64,000 nucleotides of DNA from Daphnia carinata (lineage: Eukaryota): the NCBI RefSeq assembly GCF_022539665.2, contig NC_081331.1:2356001-2420000 (forward strand). The letters are read 5' to 3'. Shown one piece after another: positions 13,688 through 30,100 of this stretch. The translations under genes were made by a program, and so were the position numbers. Positions within the stretch are counted from its first letter, which is position 1. Each line of letters opens with the position of its first letter. Below the pieces are notes generated by a model. It ran no database searches, was not told the origin of the DNA, and was given only the letters and a program-made list of their open reading frames with translations.

Positions 13688-16600
13688 ATGGTTTGCAAAA
13701 TGGTTCCAGGTGATAACACTGCTGTCAACGACTCGGTAAGGAACACAAATTCTTGTCTCTTTCAGCCATTTGTCGCCTGTGTAGAAATCGAATGACGCAC
13801 TTAATTTATCTTTCTTTCATTTTTGTTTTATTGAAAGATAGCAATTTTAAAAAGATCATTAAAGACATTTAGCAACATTCATTTAAATATTTGCAATCTG
13901 TACTGGATAGTCCTATCTTAAACTGTAAGTATAGGCTCCATGGTAGTAACCAAGCTTTATAGGTTAAACTTTTAAACTCCTAATATTTTATGATTTACCA
14001 CATAGCTTTATGCTTAGAAGAGTCCCAAATGTATTTCAAAAGGAGAAGTTAAATTTTTCCCATAGATTTTTCAACAAATGAAACCATAAGATGGGAAAAG
14101 TTTGTCATCAAGTATGCCTATCATAAGAGTATTTAGAAGCAGTATGATGTGTGCTATTTCAGCAGAAGTTGGTCTTCATCCTGTTCAGTCCCTAGTGCCA
14201 AGAACAGCTTGCATCCAACACTCTTCTTGTGTTATTAATAGACTACCCTTCAGCCTGAATATTGAAAAAAGAACTCTGTTTCTAGCAGTATGCACGTTCT
14301 TCGACAGACTGGACCGTGGGCAGGACTGTCGTCCTGTCGTGCACTAGTTTTTTTTTGTTTGTTTTTTTTGTCCCATGATGCTCTCGTCTGCAAATTCTTA
14401 GACTAATGCATATGTATCGGTTTTACATGTCACTTCTTCTAGGAAAGCATGATTTTTAGTGTCAATCCGAGTGCAAGTTCATCTAGTGGTCAAGATGGAG
14501 AGATACGGATGGCTTTAATAGTCGTTCAGGATATGACTACAGCTACACTGCAAATTGGCCATACAAGCCTTTCGTTGGCCTCCACTGCGTCAGTAAAAAC
14601 ATTAGTGCAGCAGGTCGCCACATCAGCAAATTATATGAACGGCACGTTCTCCTTACTTTTACAGCCAACAAGTTCGGAAGCTAGTTCTGTAAGTGCAACG
14701 TTTTGACAACTTCTACCTAAATTGCTAGGCTTATATCGAAATTTTCATTTTTGTTTGAAGGTTCTGCTGAATGAACGTCTTCATGAGACGCTCGAAGCTG
14801 TCGGCTTTGTATGTGATAATGGGCATACAAGAAACAATCTTATCATCGCTAACACCGGTTCTGAACCCCCTAAAAGGGAATCACCCGTCAAACCAGAATT
14901 GTCTACATTTTGTTCGAAACGAACCATGGATCGTACCACAGATTCAAAGACAACATTGTCGAATAGAACATGCTCCAAAATAATCACAGATTCTTCTCCA
15001 GATGGCGATGTCAGACCGACAGATAGAATTAGCGACATGCATTCTTCCCGCCGAAGAGGTATTCGAAATCACATAGATTTGTCTGATGCTTTTCTGTAAA
15101 TCAATCTTGATTCATTTTAGGATTCGTGGGTTTAGTGAACCAAGCAATGACATGTTACCTCAACAGTTTAATCCAAACGTTGTTCATGACACCAGAATTC
15201 CGTAATGCCATGTACCGTTGGCGTTTTGATGGAACAGAAGACGAACAAGCCAAGTCGATCCCCTTTCAGTTGCAAAGTTTATTTCTCAAGCTGCAAACGA
15301 CGGACAAGTCATCTATAGGGACGACTAATTTGACAAGGAGTTTCGGTTGGGACTCTAGTGAAGCCTGGCAGCAGCATGACATTCAGGAACTCTGTCGAGT
15401 CATGTTTGACGCTCTCGAGCACAAATTCAAAAATACGGAGCAATCAGACCTGATCTCCCGCCTCTACGAAGGCAAAATGATGGACTATGTTCGCTGCTTA
15501 GAATGCCGAACAGATAAAGCGCGCGAAGACACTTTCCTCGGTATGTAAAAATTTAATTTGTTAAAAAATCTTGATTATGCCACTCGTGAAGGTTATTTTC
15601 CTTAGATATCCCGCTCCCAGTTCGTCCCTTTGGGTCTCAGACGGCATACGCCTCAATTGAAGAGGCATTAAAGGCATTTGTGGCACCTGAAACGCTGGAC
15701 GGCAATAACCAGTATTGGTGCGAAAAATGCGGGAAAAAGTGTGACGCTCACAAGGGTCTCAAGTTTTCACGTTTCCCCTACTTATTAACTTTACACCTCA
15801 AGCGATTCGATTTTGATTATACAACACTTCATCGCATAAAATTGAACGACAAGGTCACCTTCCCAGAATTCCTACATTTAGACTCGCTTCTCGTTGATGA
15901 TCGAAATAGTGATGCAAACGCTTCTAATAAAGACTCCCAAGATACGGCCATTGAAGACTCAATGTCTGAAGCTAGCGGGTCGTCGCGTGCAAATTCGAGT
16001 AACGGAATCGAATCTCAAGTTCGTGTGTATCTTACTTTTTTGTTTTCCCAAACGTTGATTAACACTACATATTTTTTGCCTGTTGCAGGACGACGACGAA
16101 GGGATTGATGTGAGAACTGAAGGGTGTACATCGAGCACGTCTTGCGCTTCAGGTGCCAGCGGTGGCGAACAGAATCGAAAGAATCGCGGACAGGGCCAAT
16201 ACAACTACGAATTGTTTTCCATCATGATCCATTCTGGCAGCGCTTCCGGCGGCCACTATTACGCTTATATTAAAGATTTCCCTACACGTGAATGGTATGA
16301 TTTGAGATATAACTTTATTTTACAGTATCCATATTTAAATCTATGTTTCGCGAATAGGCACTGTTTCAACGACCAGACGGTGTCGAGCATCACCTACGAC
16401 GATATCAGAAAGACGTACGGTGGTGGACCCTCGCGCAGTGCCGGATATTTTACCAGTGCCTATACTTCTAGTACAAACGCGTATATGCTTATGTACAGAC
16501 AGGTGAGAATTTTATCCTACCAATTGAAGCTCTTAATTTTGGCAATGCTAAAAAAATTTTCTGATACCAGATTGATAAAGAACGTAACGTGAATTTCATG

Positions 16601-19201
16601 TCCCCGAGTGAATTTCCCGAGCACCTTCAACAGCTACTCCGACGTATGCAAGAAGAAGAAAAAAGCCAACGGGCGGTCGAGGAACAGGAAAGGAACAGTT
16701 GCCGTATTCAGTTATACTGCCATCATCCAAAACGTGGTCGCATTGACCTTCCGTTAAAACTCCACAAAGAAATTACCCTGCGCCAAGCCGTTTCAATCGC
16801 ATATGAGCAAATTGGCGATCTGTCCGATATTGGCGTCCCGTTGAGCCGCTGTCGGCTAGTCAAGTATAACGAGCATTACGACAATGTAGAGTGCAGCTGG
16901 GATAGCCGAATGGACGATACAGTCGACGATATCTTTGACGGAGTTCGATCTTCCTACAAGTTTGACTTGCTCCTAGAAATCGTGCCAGAAGGGCAAACGT
17001 TTCAAATTTATGCTCCTGGAAGTCTTATTGCCAAGGTCATTATGGTGGATGTCGATGCAAAAGAACAACTTCATCTGCCAGTTTCCATTCGTATGCCTTT
17101 CAGCAGTACGGTTCAAGATCTTAAGCTCAGCATAAAATGTAAGCGCTTGGAAGTCTAACATTTAATCATTCTATGCTTTATTTGAAACTTTTCTTTTTAA
17201 TTATTAAATTCCAGCTACCATGAATATTACCGAGGATCCCGATCACATCCATCTAGTAACTATCAATTATTCTAACGAGTTACGTAGATTGACGCAAAAA
17301 GACCGTAGTTTAAGGAGCGAAGGCTTCCAGAGAGCGGAGAAGGTATACGTTACCGTATTTCCCTCCAGCGACGAGAACGAATTCTTAGCGTCCTGCAAGC
17401 CACGCCTGTATGACCTTATCGATCAATACGAAAATGCCTTGACCGTGCGTATGACGCTACCTAAGGCCGATAAAGAGACACTAGATCGCTTGGGTATCGA
17501 TATAGCTGTTCCTGCAATCCCCACGGCTTCCAATTCTCCAAACGCAGCCAGAACAGCTTCACCCATGGAGTCGTACAGTCCCGAGGATGCGGCTTCGGAC
17601 GACTCCCTTTCCCATCTGGAGCGTGAACGCGCCCTGTCCGAGGGCGAGGAAGAAGAAGAAGAAAATCGTCGACGTCGTCTAGGAGACATTGACGACTTTG
17701 CTGTAAACTCCGCCAACTCCCAAGAATGCTATTCAGAAGGCGAAGAACTTCCTCAGCGTCTTCCTAATTCTACCTCATCTGCCTCAGCCAGTGAAGACAG
17801 CAGCTTGAGCTTGACTAATAGTGAACGTACCCTATTAGGTGATCCTCCTGAGATAGGAGAAGAGGATTGCGATGTTGAGATCGGCCTTGCCTCCCGAAGA
17901 AGGAACGCTTTAGTTCAAGCGGGGCCTGAATCTGTTGATTCCGTACCGGAGCTGGAACCTGTCAAATATTTTTTCAAGGTATCTGAGATTTTCAGTGTGT
18001 GTTTTTGAGCAATTAAAATCAATTCTGTTTTAGGTGATTTCAAACAGGGAAGATGCAGACGAGAAAATCTGCACAGCCATGGTTGACAAACGAATTCCAT
18101 TGGCAAGTTTCAAATCTGAACTAGAGGTGCTCCTCAACGTTCCCGCCGAGTTTCTCTTACTATACAAGAAGACCCCCACAACGGCATCGACGTTCGGCAC
18201 AACTGAACGTGAATGGGCTCAACAAAACGAGACGTTGGAAACCCTAGGAGATGACCCACAAATAGCTGTTCGACTTGGTAGGGCACTTAGACCAGGTGAA
18301 GTCCGCGGAAAAATTTATCAACTGAAAATCAATGATGGTCCAGAGCGAACACAGTTATTGTTTGAATGGGTGTTGTCATCCGGTATTCAAATCGGAAAAA
18401 TGAAACGAGACATTTTGGCCGAATTGAAGAGTCGTCACGGTGTTGAAATCCCTCCTGAGAAGTAATAAGTTTTTCTGCATAAGACTGTCCATGTCCACTA
18501 TATTTACCATAAATGTTTTCGAATGATTTAGATGTGTTTTGCGCAAGAAGCACTGGCGCACACCTTCGACTGTCTATGGGGACGAAAATGAAGTACTGGA
18601 TACGGAATTGCTGTACATTTTCAAAAATTGGGAAATGTTTTTACAAATATTGGATGTGAATGACCCTCATGACGTTGCGTCCAAATATCGAGGAGCTGAA
18701 ACTGTCATTTTCACCCGTCGATGGCGACCGAGCACATTTACGTTGGAACCGTTTGTTGACACACCTCTAACCGAATTTAATCGTATTGTACTTGGAAAAA
18801 TATTGTTTGAAATGAGCGGTTTAAAACCAGATCAGATCGAGATAACTAAGGCACCTGGGACGTTCCCATGCGAAGGGTCCCTTCTAGGAATCCACGACGA
18901 TATTACATGGGTGCCGTTGCTGACGACTGATTCTGACGACGACGGCTCCTTCAAATACCCTTGCTCTGTGCAGACGGACGGCGATATAGTCTATTGGCGA
19001 GAGAAAGGCGAACCGCTCAAGAAGCTGACGGAACAGGAGCGCAGAGAAATTCTCAGCCGAGAGAATACCGATACAAACGTCTCCGGAACTTCCTATCCAT
19101 CTGTATCCGCTTCACCTCGCAAGGAACGGCCGCTAAGAATCTTTATAGATTCGCCTAAATCCACCAGCGTAAAAGAAACGGTTGAACCCGAGTTGGATTG
19201 A
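13688..19201 (+). CDS. USP47: Ubiquitin carboxyl-terminal hydrolase 47
   Basis: Start at 13688 (MVCKMVPG) or 13700 (MVPG). Cys box [34 protein letters not shown], His box [33 protein letters not shown]-terminal [11 protein letters not shown]. All introns are GT-AG and phase-consistent. Confidence 0.95.
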
Positions 19202-20348
19202 TCCTACAAAGCTATATATATAAATATATATGAAGTATATACCTCTCGATGATAATTCTATTCAAATGGAGCGTTAGAATTTTTTCATGAGCATCTTTAA
19301 AAGGCAATGGATGAAGCATGTGCTGAAAAGCAATTTTCTTTTCTTAACCTTTCCCTTGCTCTATTTCGCTACGCTCTCATTCAACAACAAATCTTCTTCT
19401 CAAACACGCAGCCTTATATGGACAAAGTAATAATAAAGGAAAACTATTTGTCACGAGAAATATCGTTTTTCATTATTCTAAAAAACGGAATGTTGCGAAA
19501 TGTTCATTACCGTTACGTTCAAAACTAAGATAGGTTTCAATACCCTATCGATTCAGAGAGCGTATTATCCTTTTGCTATTTGCGTAACATTATCGGGTCG
19601 GCCTAATTAACGCCACCCCACAGCGTCGGTCCTGAGCCCTACATATTACGTGAACCAAGTTCGGGGGTGAACGTGGGGTGAAACGGTCATCATTTTTAAA
19701 ACGTTTCGACAAAAAAAAAGCTTGGCTACTATGCTGCCATCTGTCGCCTGGAGAGTTTCGTTAACGACATCCCTCTCAACTTCTCGGGCAAGCTTGCAGT
19801 CAGCCATTTTGACTGAATTCTTCGATAAATCCGCCTGTGCTTCGTTTCATCAGCTGCACGTTTCTTAATTTGGGTGGAGTTTAAGACTCTTCTAAGGTAA
19901 TTTTCTTCAATTTTTGTTTCGAGATAATATAGAATTTGGTTTTGTGTTGCACGAAACATGGACATCGTCTATTTAGCAATCAGGCACACGAGCTAAAGGG
20001 CCGCCGAGGTTGTCGTGCTGTTGCTTTTTCCCCCACAACGAATTTGCTGTCTTTTAACGGCGCGACGCAACGCTGCATTAAAAGCATATTTTACATTCAA
20101 ATTGCTTTGGTTTATTTTGACGTAGAATAACTCAGTTGATCTCGTTCTGTATGTCTAATTTCGGGTCATGTTGGCTACCTTTTGCTATGTTCTAACGTGT
20201 TCAAGTACCCAACTTTTTCACTTCCAAATTTATCTAAAGCCATTTTTCGTATTTCCTTCTGAACGTAAAGTTTTACAGAGGGGAGCCGGTAAAGGTTTTA
20301 CGTATATCAATTCAAATTTTATTTTATTTTTGGCTTCATAGGTTGGAG

Positions 20349-23340
<2,992 letters not shown>

Positions 23341-23729
23341 ATCAGTTGATGCAGTGGCAAGCGTCCTAGTATTCTCAGGTGTGTGCGCATGGAATCGCCA
23401 TACGTTGGGATCTGTCATTTCCTTCCTGATTTCGAAGATTATCATTGCATAGAAAATTTTTGAGCTTCTCCTATTGAACCGTTGCCCCTTGTACAGATGT
23501 TGTACCATGACATAGAACAGCAGTGGAAATACAACAGGGAAACAAAACTTGTTTCGTATTTGGTTGTCTTCATCGTCTAAGCGCCAAAGAATACCGACAG
23601 GATTGAGTACTGAACTTACTTCATATGAAATGCATTGTTATATGCACACTCATATGGTCTCATTAAAAAAAAATTTTATCTTATTAATCAAGTTTATTTC
23701 CTTGGGTTTAAACAAAAATGTAATGCTAT

Positions 23730-24503
23730 TCAATTTTCCAAGAACGAGACGAATTGGGTAAGACTTTGCAATTGATCTTCATTTCGCATCAATGGGATAT
23801 TTGCAGGTGTCGGTCGTTTAGGTATAATTAACTGGGAGGCCGGATCGCACGTCCATCCTTGTTCTGCTTGTAACTTAGCAAGTAGTTTTTCTGCATCTTC
23901 TGGATAGTCTACATAACCAACCAAGTCTGCAAATGTGGTTGAAGTTATGGAAAGATATGCTTTTCCTAAGCCAAGTTAAAGATTTCATAAGAAAACAGAA
24001 AACAGAGTTTGATTTAAAATTTTACAAACTACCTATGAGCTGTAGTGATTTTTGTCGAAGATTTTCTTCAAGAGATGTCATGTAAGGTTCAATTGATGGA
24101 GGCCATTTGGTGGTCCTAATAAGTCTAAATACTGCATTGTGCTCCTTTAACCATAGTTTCTGACCTACTTCCCAGATTTGACCAAGCAATGGAACTGAGG
24201 TTTTCTCTTCATTTGAGATTCGCTTCCACAGAAATTTGGCATTGCACCTGCAACCACAGTAAAATTCATTTTTATTATAGATTATTTAAGAAAATTATCA
24301 ATGTACTTACAAGTCTAAATTGCACAAGTATATGCTAAGCAACTGGCAATGCAAATCTCCTAATGCCAAGTCATTCGCACCCTATGAGATACGAACGATT
24401 AGACGAACGACAGATGATTTCGTAAACAGGGGGTAAATACCTCGAGTTCCTGCTTTTCTAGTTCTTGTGCAGTACTTTCAAATAAAACTATTTTGGACGA
24501 CAT
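23730..24503 (-). CDS. COPS8: COP9 signalosome subunit 8
   Basis: Four exons: LEKQELE, QLLSIYL..DLCNAKFLWKRI, IWEVGQKLW, GKAYLSI, and C-terminal NEDQLQSLTQFVSFLEN typical of CSN8. Confidence 0.94.
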
Positions 24504-27113
24504 GCCTCTTAGCCACACACAGAGATTTCTTTCAGTTAAAGTAGGTCGGCGATTTTTGAAGCTATTTCAATTAAACAATATTCTAAAGTTTTTATGCCGA
24601 ATTTGCCTGTGCAATTTATGTGTTTTTGCTTTGACGGCAATGCTTTATCGTCTGTTGTGTTGGGAACATTAAGTAACAAGAAACGACGCTAGGCGACTTG
24701 GAATTTTTTGGAGAAACATGAAGGTGAATGATTCCGGCGGGATGTCAGACTAGCCCAATTTAAAGTGTAACCATGTAACGTGATGAAAAATAAATGGTTT
24801 TTCAGAAACTAGACTCATCAAAATAAGTATGTAGCTTGTCAGATTCCCCCATTAGTTCCCTTTAATGGCGGTGAAAAGGGGAGTCCAAGTTTGGAAGGAA
24901 TGATGGCGTTCGTACAAAAGTGTAACAAACTCATTTCGTATTGTAACAAAAAAAAATGTGATTGTATTTTCTCGATTGGTAAATATGGAAAAAAAGAATT
25001 CCATCACGTGGCTGATGAATTTTTATTATACTACCTTTTGGGTTCATTTATCCTTGAAAATTGAAGATATAATTATTTGCATAACCTTGAAATGTTAAAT
25101 TATTGTTTCGCTAATAACTATGACTGACTAGAAAATCTCTCATCATATCAAACGGGGCGGCAAATGTAAAAGGATGAAGGTTTCTTTAGATTTACTTTTA
25201 TTTTTTTTTTGTTTTTCCCTCGACGTAGTTGGCTTAACGGACGTTAGAGGGTACCAATTGTTTTGAAATTTTTGCCCTTGCCGCCGTTGCCCTTGTTAGG
25301 GGGAGTGGTACGAAAATGAACCAATGGGAATTTTTCTAATGCCTGCAGGGCCACACGGCCACATCTCTCCGCTATACAAATGAGTTGGGGGATGCTTAAA
25401 GGACGAAGGAAGGCCGAGTTTGGCCAGACACATTCTTGAAGTTCACGTGTGAGGATATACCTCTTTGGCTCCTGCTGAATACGAGTTAGAACCAAATGTT
25501 TATTGCTAGCATCTTGTCTGCCAACAGATGAAAATACAGTGAAGCATGTGTCGTTAGTGAGTGTATAGCTTGGGTGTGGTGCGATCTTTATTTTTCACTG
25601 TACACGTGTCGTTTACATAAACATGATTCCCATCTGGGATAGTCATTTTTAAACCGGTAAGATCAACATTTCCTATGTCTTCTCATTTTCCCTCGCTGAG
25701 AGAATCTTGGTGTGAATGCATTTTTCTGTCCTTGGTCAAAACGCTGGCCGTTCAAGAATATTTTAACGTATCAAAGTCTCCCTTGGGAATCGGGGCTCCG
25801 CGTGTCTGTTTCTTTGCATATGGTTCGCGGTTAAAACAAGAACAGAGAACCACAGAAGAGAAAAAGAGTTTATACACTTGTGGATAGAACACAAAGCCCC
25901 TTTTTCAAACTTACACACAAGGCTTTAGAAATTCAGACGCTATCCGAGGCAAGCGACACGTTTTCATTTTATGCAAATAGATTTTTTTTTCTTGATTCAA
26001 AGTAAAATTTAAATTTTTCATATTTCTCAAGCCTCTTCTGACCACTGACGCAATCAATTCCTTGATGAAAGACGTGGTATAAATAACGACGATGAGTAAC
26101 TCAGTTCGTAAAGGCTTCCAAGATGTTTGCCAACGGACGTGTTTTATTGATGAGTGTAAATAACGAACTAATAAAAAGTTGCCTAGTCCTTGAGCCAATC
26201 GCCCTAAAAGCATAATCTTGGGATTCTTACATGCATTTAAGATATTGGTTTTACGTGTTACCATCAACAATTTTTTGTGGCGTAATAGATTACGTTAGAA
26301 TTTATCAAGAATTCAAATAGATAAACATTTTTTAAAGACAGCTGTCAGATTAGAGTTTCTTCGTTTCATTAACCTGACGTCAATAGCTGTCGAACATAAT
26401 CGTTATTTTTGTTTTAAATCGTAGTTCACTTTGGAATTTTTTGCCTGGAGAAAAATGGTGCACCAAAATACGCTGCCTTAGGTACTGAGTAATGTTAATA
26501 ATAATGTTTCTTCTTAGGAAGAGGCAGTACAACCTTTTTGACATTCGTGAGAAAAATGTGGCAAACCCTATATTTAGAATCATGAGATAATTTTTAACAA
26601 GACATATTGGATTTTAATCTCTCCCATTTTCTTCCCATGGGGAGTTTGTCTTTCTGTGAAATATTCTAAAGAGGCTGTTGCCATTTCTTTACCCCAAAAC
26701 ATTCAAAATGCATCAAGTAGTAAAAAAAAACGAACGATCGTCTTGTGTGCCGTAAAACGTTAGAGATAGTGATCCCCTATTCCCCTCTCGCATTTTTTTC
26801 AAACGTAGAAAGTCCATTAGTTATCATAGGTTCATAAATCAAGAAAATCATGCACCAATAAAAATGCATCCGTTTGTTGTTGTGTTGTTATGTCGACTAG
26901 TGACGCCGTTTTGTATAAAAATTTAAAAACGAACAACTAGGTTAGCCGTATGCGACCCTACGTTAATAGAGACATGATGTTCCAGCTGCAGTGATCATTA
27001 AAACGCCCTTGTTCTCATTTTAATAATTATCATCCTTTGTTTCCCAGACGACAACCCTTTCCATTTTGTTCGACCGTGTGTCAAACACGAAAAAGAAGTT
27101 TATTAGCCTCATC

Positions 27114-30100
27114 ATGTCTCGATTGGAGTGCATCGCAGTGGAAGCTGACGGAGGCGGCGAGGGACAAGAAGTCGAGGTTGTTCTGATGGAGCCGCGCCCC
27201 TTTAGACCTTTCAAATCGAGTGAGGAGTATCTCGTGGCCATGAAAGAAGATTTAGCCGAATGGCTTCATCGTCTCTACTACCCACAACTTAACATTGACT
27301 TTGACAACTTTATGGACGTCTTGGAAGATGGTGTCGCTCTCTGCAAGGTATTAACCCATTCGCTTTGCACGGCTCAAATGTCGTGAACCATTTGTTTTTT
27401 TGGGTTTGTCGTAAACAGGCGAAAGTGAAGATAATGGTTTCGTTCGTGGTGTGTCTAACCTGAATATTCCTATGAGTTGATAAGAGATGTAACGCTTAGA
27501 TAGTATTGACATGAAAAAAGCACAATAGAAAAATTCGCGTCGTATGAAACGGTCTGTTGAATTTCGTACTTTCTTGGCGAACAGACAGTGGCTTTAAAAA
27601 AATGCCATAGAAGAGAAAGTTTTCGGAAATGCAAAGTTTCCACGCGTGAGGGACAAACAGACAAGTCATTGCGGAAATAATTTTACTTTTTATTCATTCA
27701 CAAAAGATTGCGTCATTCATGCCTTAAGATTTCTCTTACTATTGCCACGAAGATGAAACAACTAGACACATTACGAAACTTTTTCTTTGACTCGGTCTTT
27801 AACCGTGGCTATTTAGCCCGTGCATAATTATTGAGGAAAAACAAAAAAAAAATGGGGCATTTAATGACGTTATTCTTTTGTTTTGTTGATACTTTTTTTC
27901 TGCAGCATGCTAACAATGTCAGACGGACAGCGATGGCCTACAAGGAGAAACTGGAGCAGCAAGGCAGCGTCCATCGCCGCCGCAAGTTCAGCACTCACTT
28001 GGACATACCCGATCGCGATGTCCTCTTCCGGTCTGAGGTTAGTAGTACCGTTTTATTATGGTTATCAACAAAAAAAGCCTTGCCAATTTTCCTGCATTTT
28101 TAAATACGTGAATTGGATGGACGATAGAGCGAATATTATCCGTTGATAATTCCGTCATTGATGCCTTAGTTCATTGACTATTATCAATAATAGCGTGCTG
28201 GGCGTGTGTCTCGAATTGTTGTTTAATGTTTCCTTATTTAGCCGTTGATTGGATCTTCGTGTGGGGGGGGTGAACACCTGGAGCCTAGATTTCTTTAGAC
28301 GGGCATAAAACTTTCCTTTGCACATATCTTGGCACTGTGTGTTTGTATACCGTTTCTTTTAGAGCCATCACGGTTTTCGATCATTATGAGCATTCCACCC
28401 ACTAGCCGTATGCACACAAGTAGGCCGCTAATGTCGTTCAGCCAACGTGAGTCACGCACAAGAAAGTGGGAAAGATGCCCAATTCCCATATGTCGCGTAG
28501 GGTTAAAGAGAATCCGATTTCCCGGATGTATCGGTAACTGCTTACCAGGAAAACAAATTCTTGTTTTGATTGCAAAACACGCGAAAAACTCGACCGATAG
28601 TAAAAAAAAAATGTTAATTGGTGAATGGCCGGAAACTTTTTCCGAAACAAGTAAATAAGCGGCCAATATTTTCTCAAGAAAACGACGTGTTTTGCAAGTA
28701 AATAAAAATGGGTAGTAAAAAGAAGCGACTGTTTTTTTTTTACGGATGGAAATATTTATTTTAGATACAATCCGTTAGATTTGACTTGGTCTTTCGACAA
28801 CGCCCCGTTTACTACATCGGTTGTTTGTCCATGTCAAAGATTTAAGTTAGATATGCAACATGATTCGAACCCAACAGCTGAAATGACGAAGAAACGTGTT
28901 TTTTTTTTCTTCTCCCCTCCATTCGAATGTTTTTCTTTTTAAACGCGAGACATTTTGGGCGTAGCCTTAAAAAAAAAGAATTCGATTCCAATAGACGATA
29001 ACTCCAACCAGTTTGGCATTATTTACAAGGTCACATAATATAAATAAACCACGATTTACTTACGCAATTTTTTTTTTATACAGCGTAGATGTTATTCGAA
29101 TGCATTTAAGTTAACCACATCCGTTAAAAACGAGGTATTCTTTTCAACGCTCGTATTGATGAGGTTTTGCGATTACAATAGCCCGCGCGAAGAATTTACT
29201 TTCCCAATGGACATGCAAAGAAAAGGCAATCTGGAATATACGTTTCTTTGTAAAGCGTGTGTAGTAAAAGCGCCATTTTTAAGTGTATGTTATTGCACTT
29301 CGTGAGAGTACTCGGCGGTTTGGAAGGGCGGGGGGGGGGGAGGGTAGATCTGGTAGATGACCCGTGCACAATGGAGAAGAACTTGATGTGTTTGCTAACC
29401 ACACCTCGATATGGTGTCATTTTTTTTTTCATTATCAGGTGAAACCCAAGAGTTTCTTCGCCCGGGACAACGTGCACAACTTTATTCAGTGGTGTCGACT
29501 GCTGGGCATTTACGAATGCCTCTTATTCGAAACGGACGATTTGGTGCTACGTAAAAATGAAAAAAGCTTTATCCTTTGCTTACTAGAGGTATAGATAATG
29601 AACTAGTTTAAGAAAATAAGAATTAATTTTTAAACATTCAAATTAGGTCGCTCGACGTGGTGCCAATTTCGGTATGCCTGCTCCAGTTTTGGTCCAATTC
29701 GAAAAAGAGATCGATCGCGAGATAGCCAAAGAAGGGAACTTGGAAAATGGTAACGAGTACGACGAAGAGGACATGGAGTTAATTGAATATGGACCTCAGG
29801 CACAAATAGTTACCAACGATCTACGGAGCCTCGATGAAATGGTAAGTCGATTCTAGCCTATCGTGTAACAGCGTGTCCTTATATGTAGGAATATTTTGTT
29901 ATCATCCGACTGTTTTTTCGGCGGACATCCGTGAATCCGAGAAGGGTTCTAATGGATTCTTGCCAGGGGAATGCGCTTTATCCGGCAGTAGGGAAAACAA
30001 AAAGTCCATCTCGAGTGTCTGTGACGTCTACGTAATGATAGAGCCGAGTCCAAATAAGATTGTGATGTGACCGATGAGCTGGTTGTGTATAGACTTTCGA

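Noticed and set aside
14144..14264. Possible C/D box snoRNA in USP47 intron 1
   Set aside because: Box C is imperfect (ATGATGT), the terminal stem is weak, and no rRNA guide was recognised.
17423..17716. Arg/Ser-rich antisense ORF within USP47 (and similar antisense ORFs over other exons)
   Set aside because: Shadow frames of low-complexity acidic coding sequence.
29326..29344. G-runs here and at ~44256, ~48369 and ~48748 as possible G-quadruplexes
   Set aside because: Homopolymer runs of all four bases are common in these introns, so there is no specific signal.
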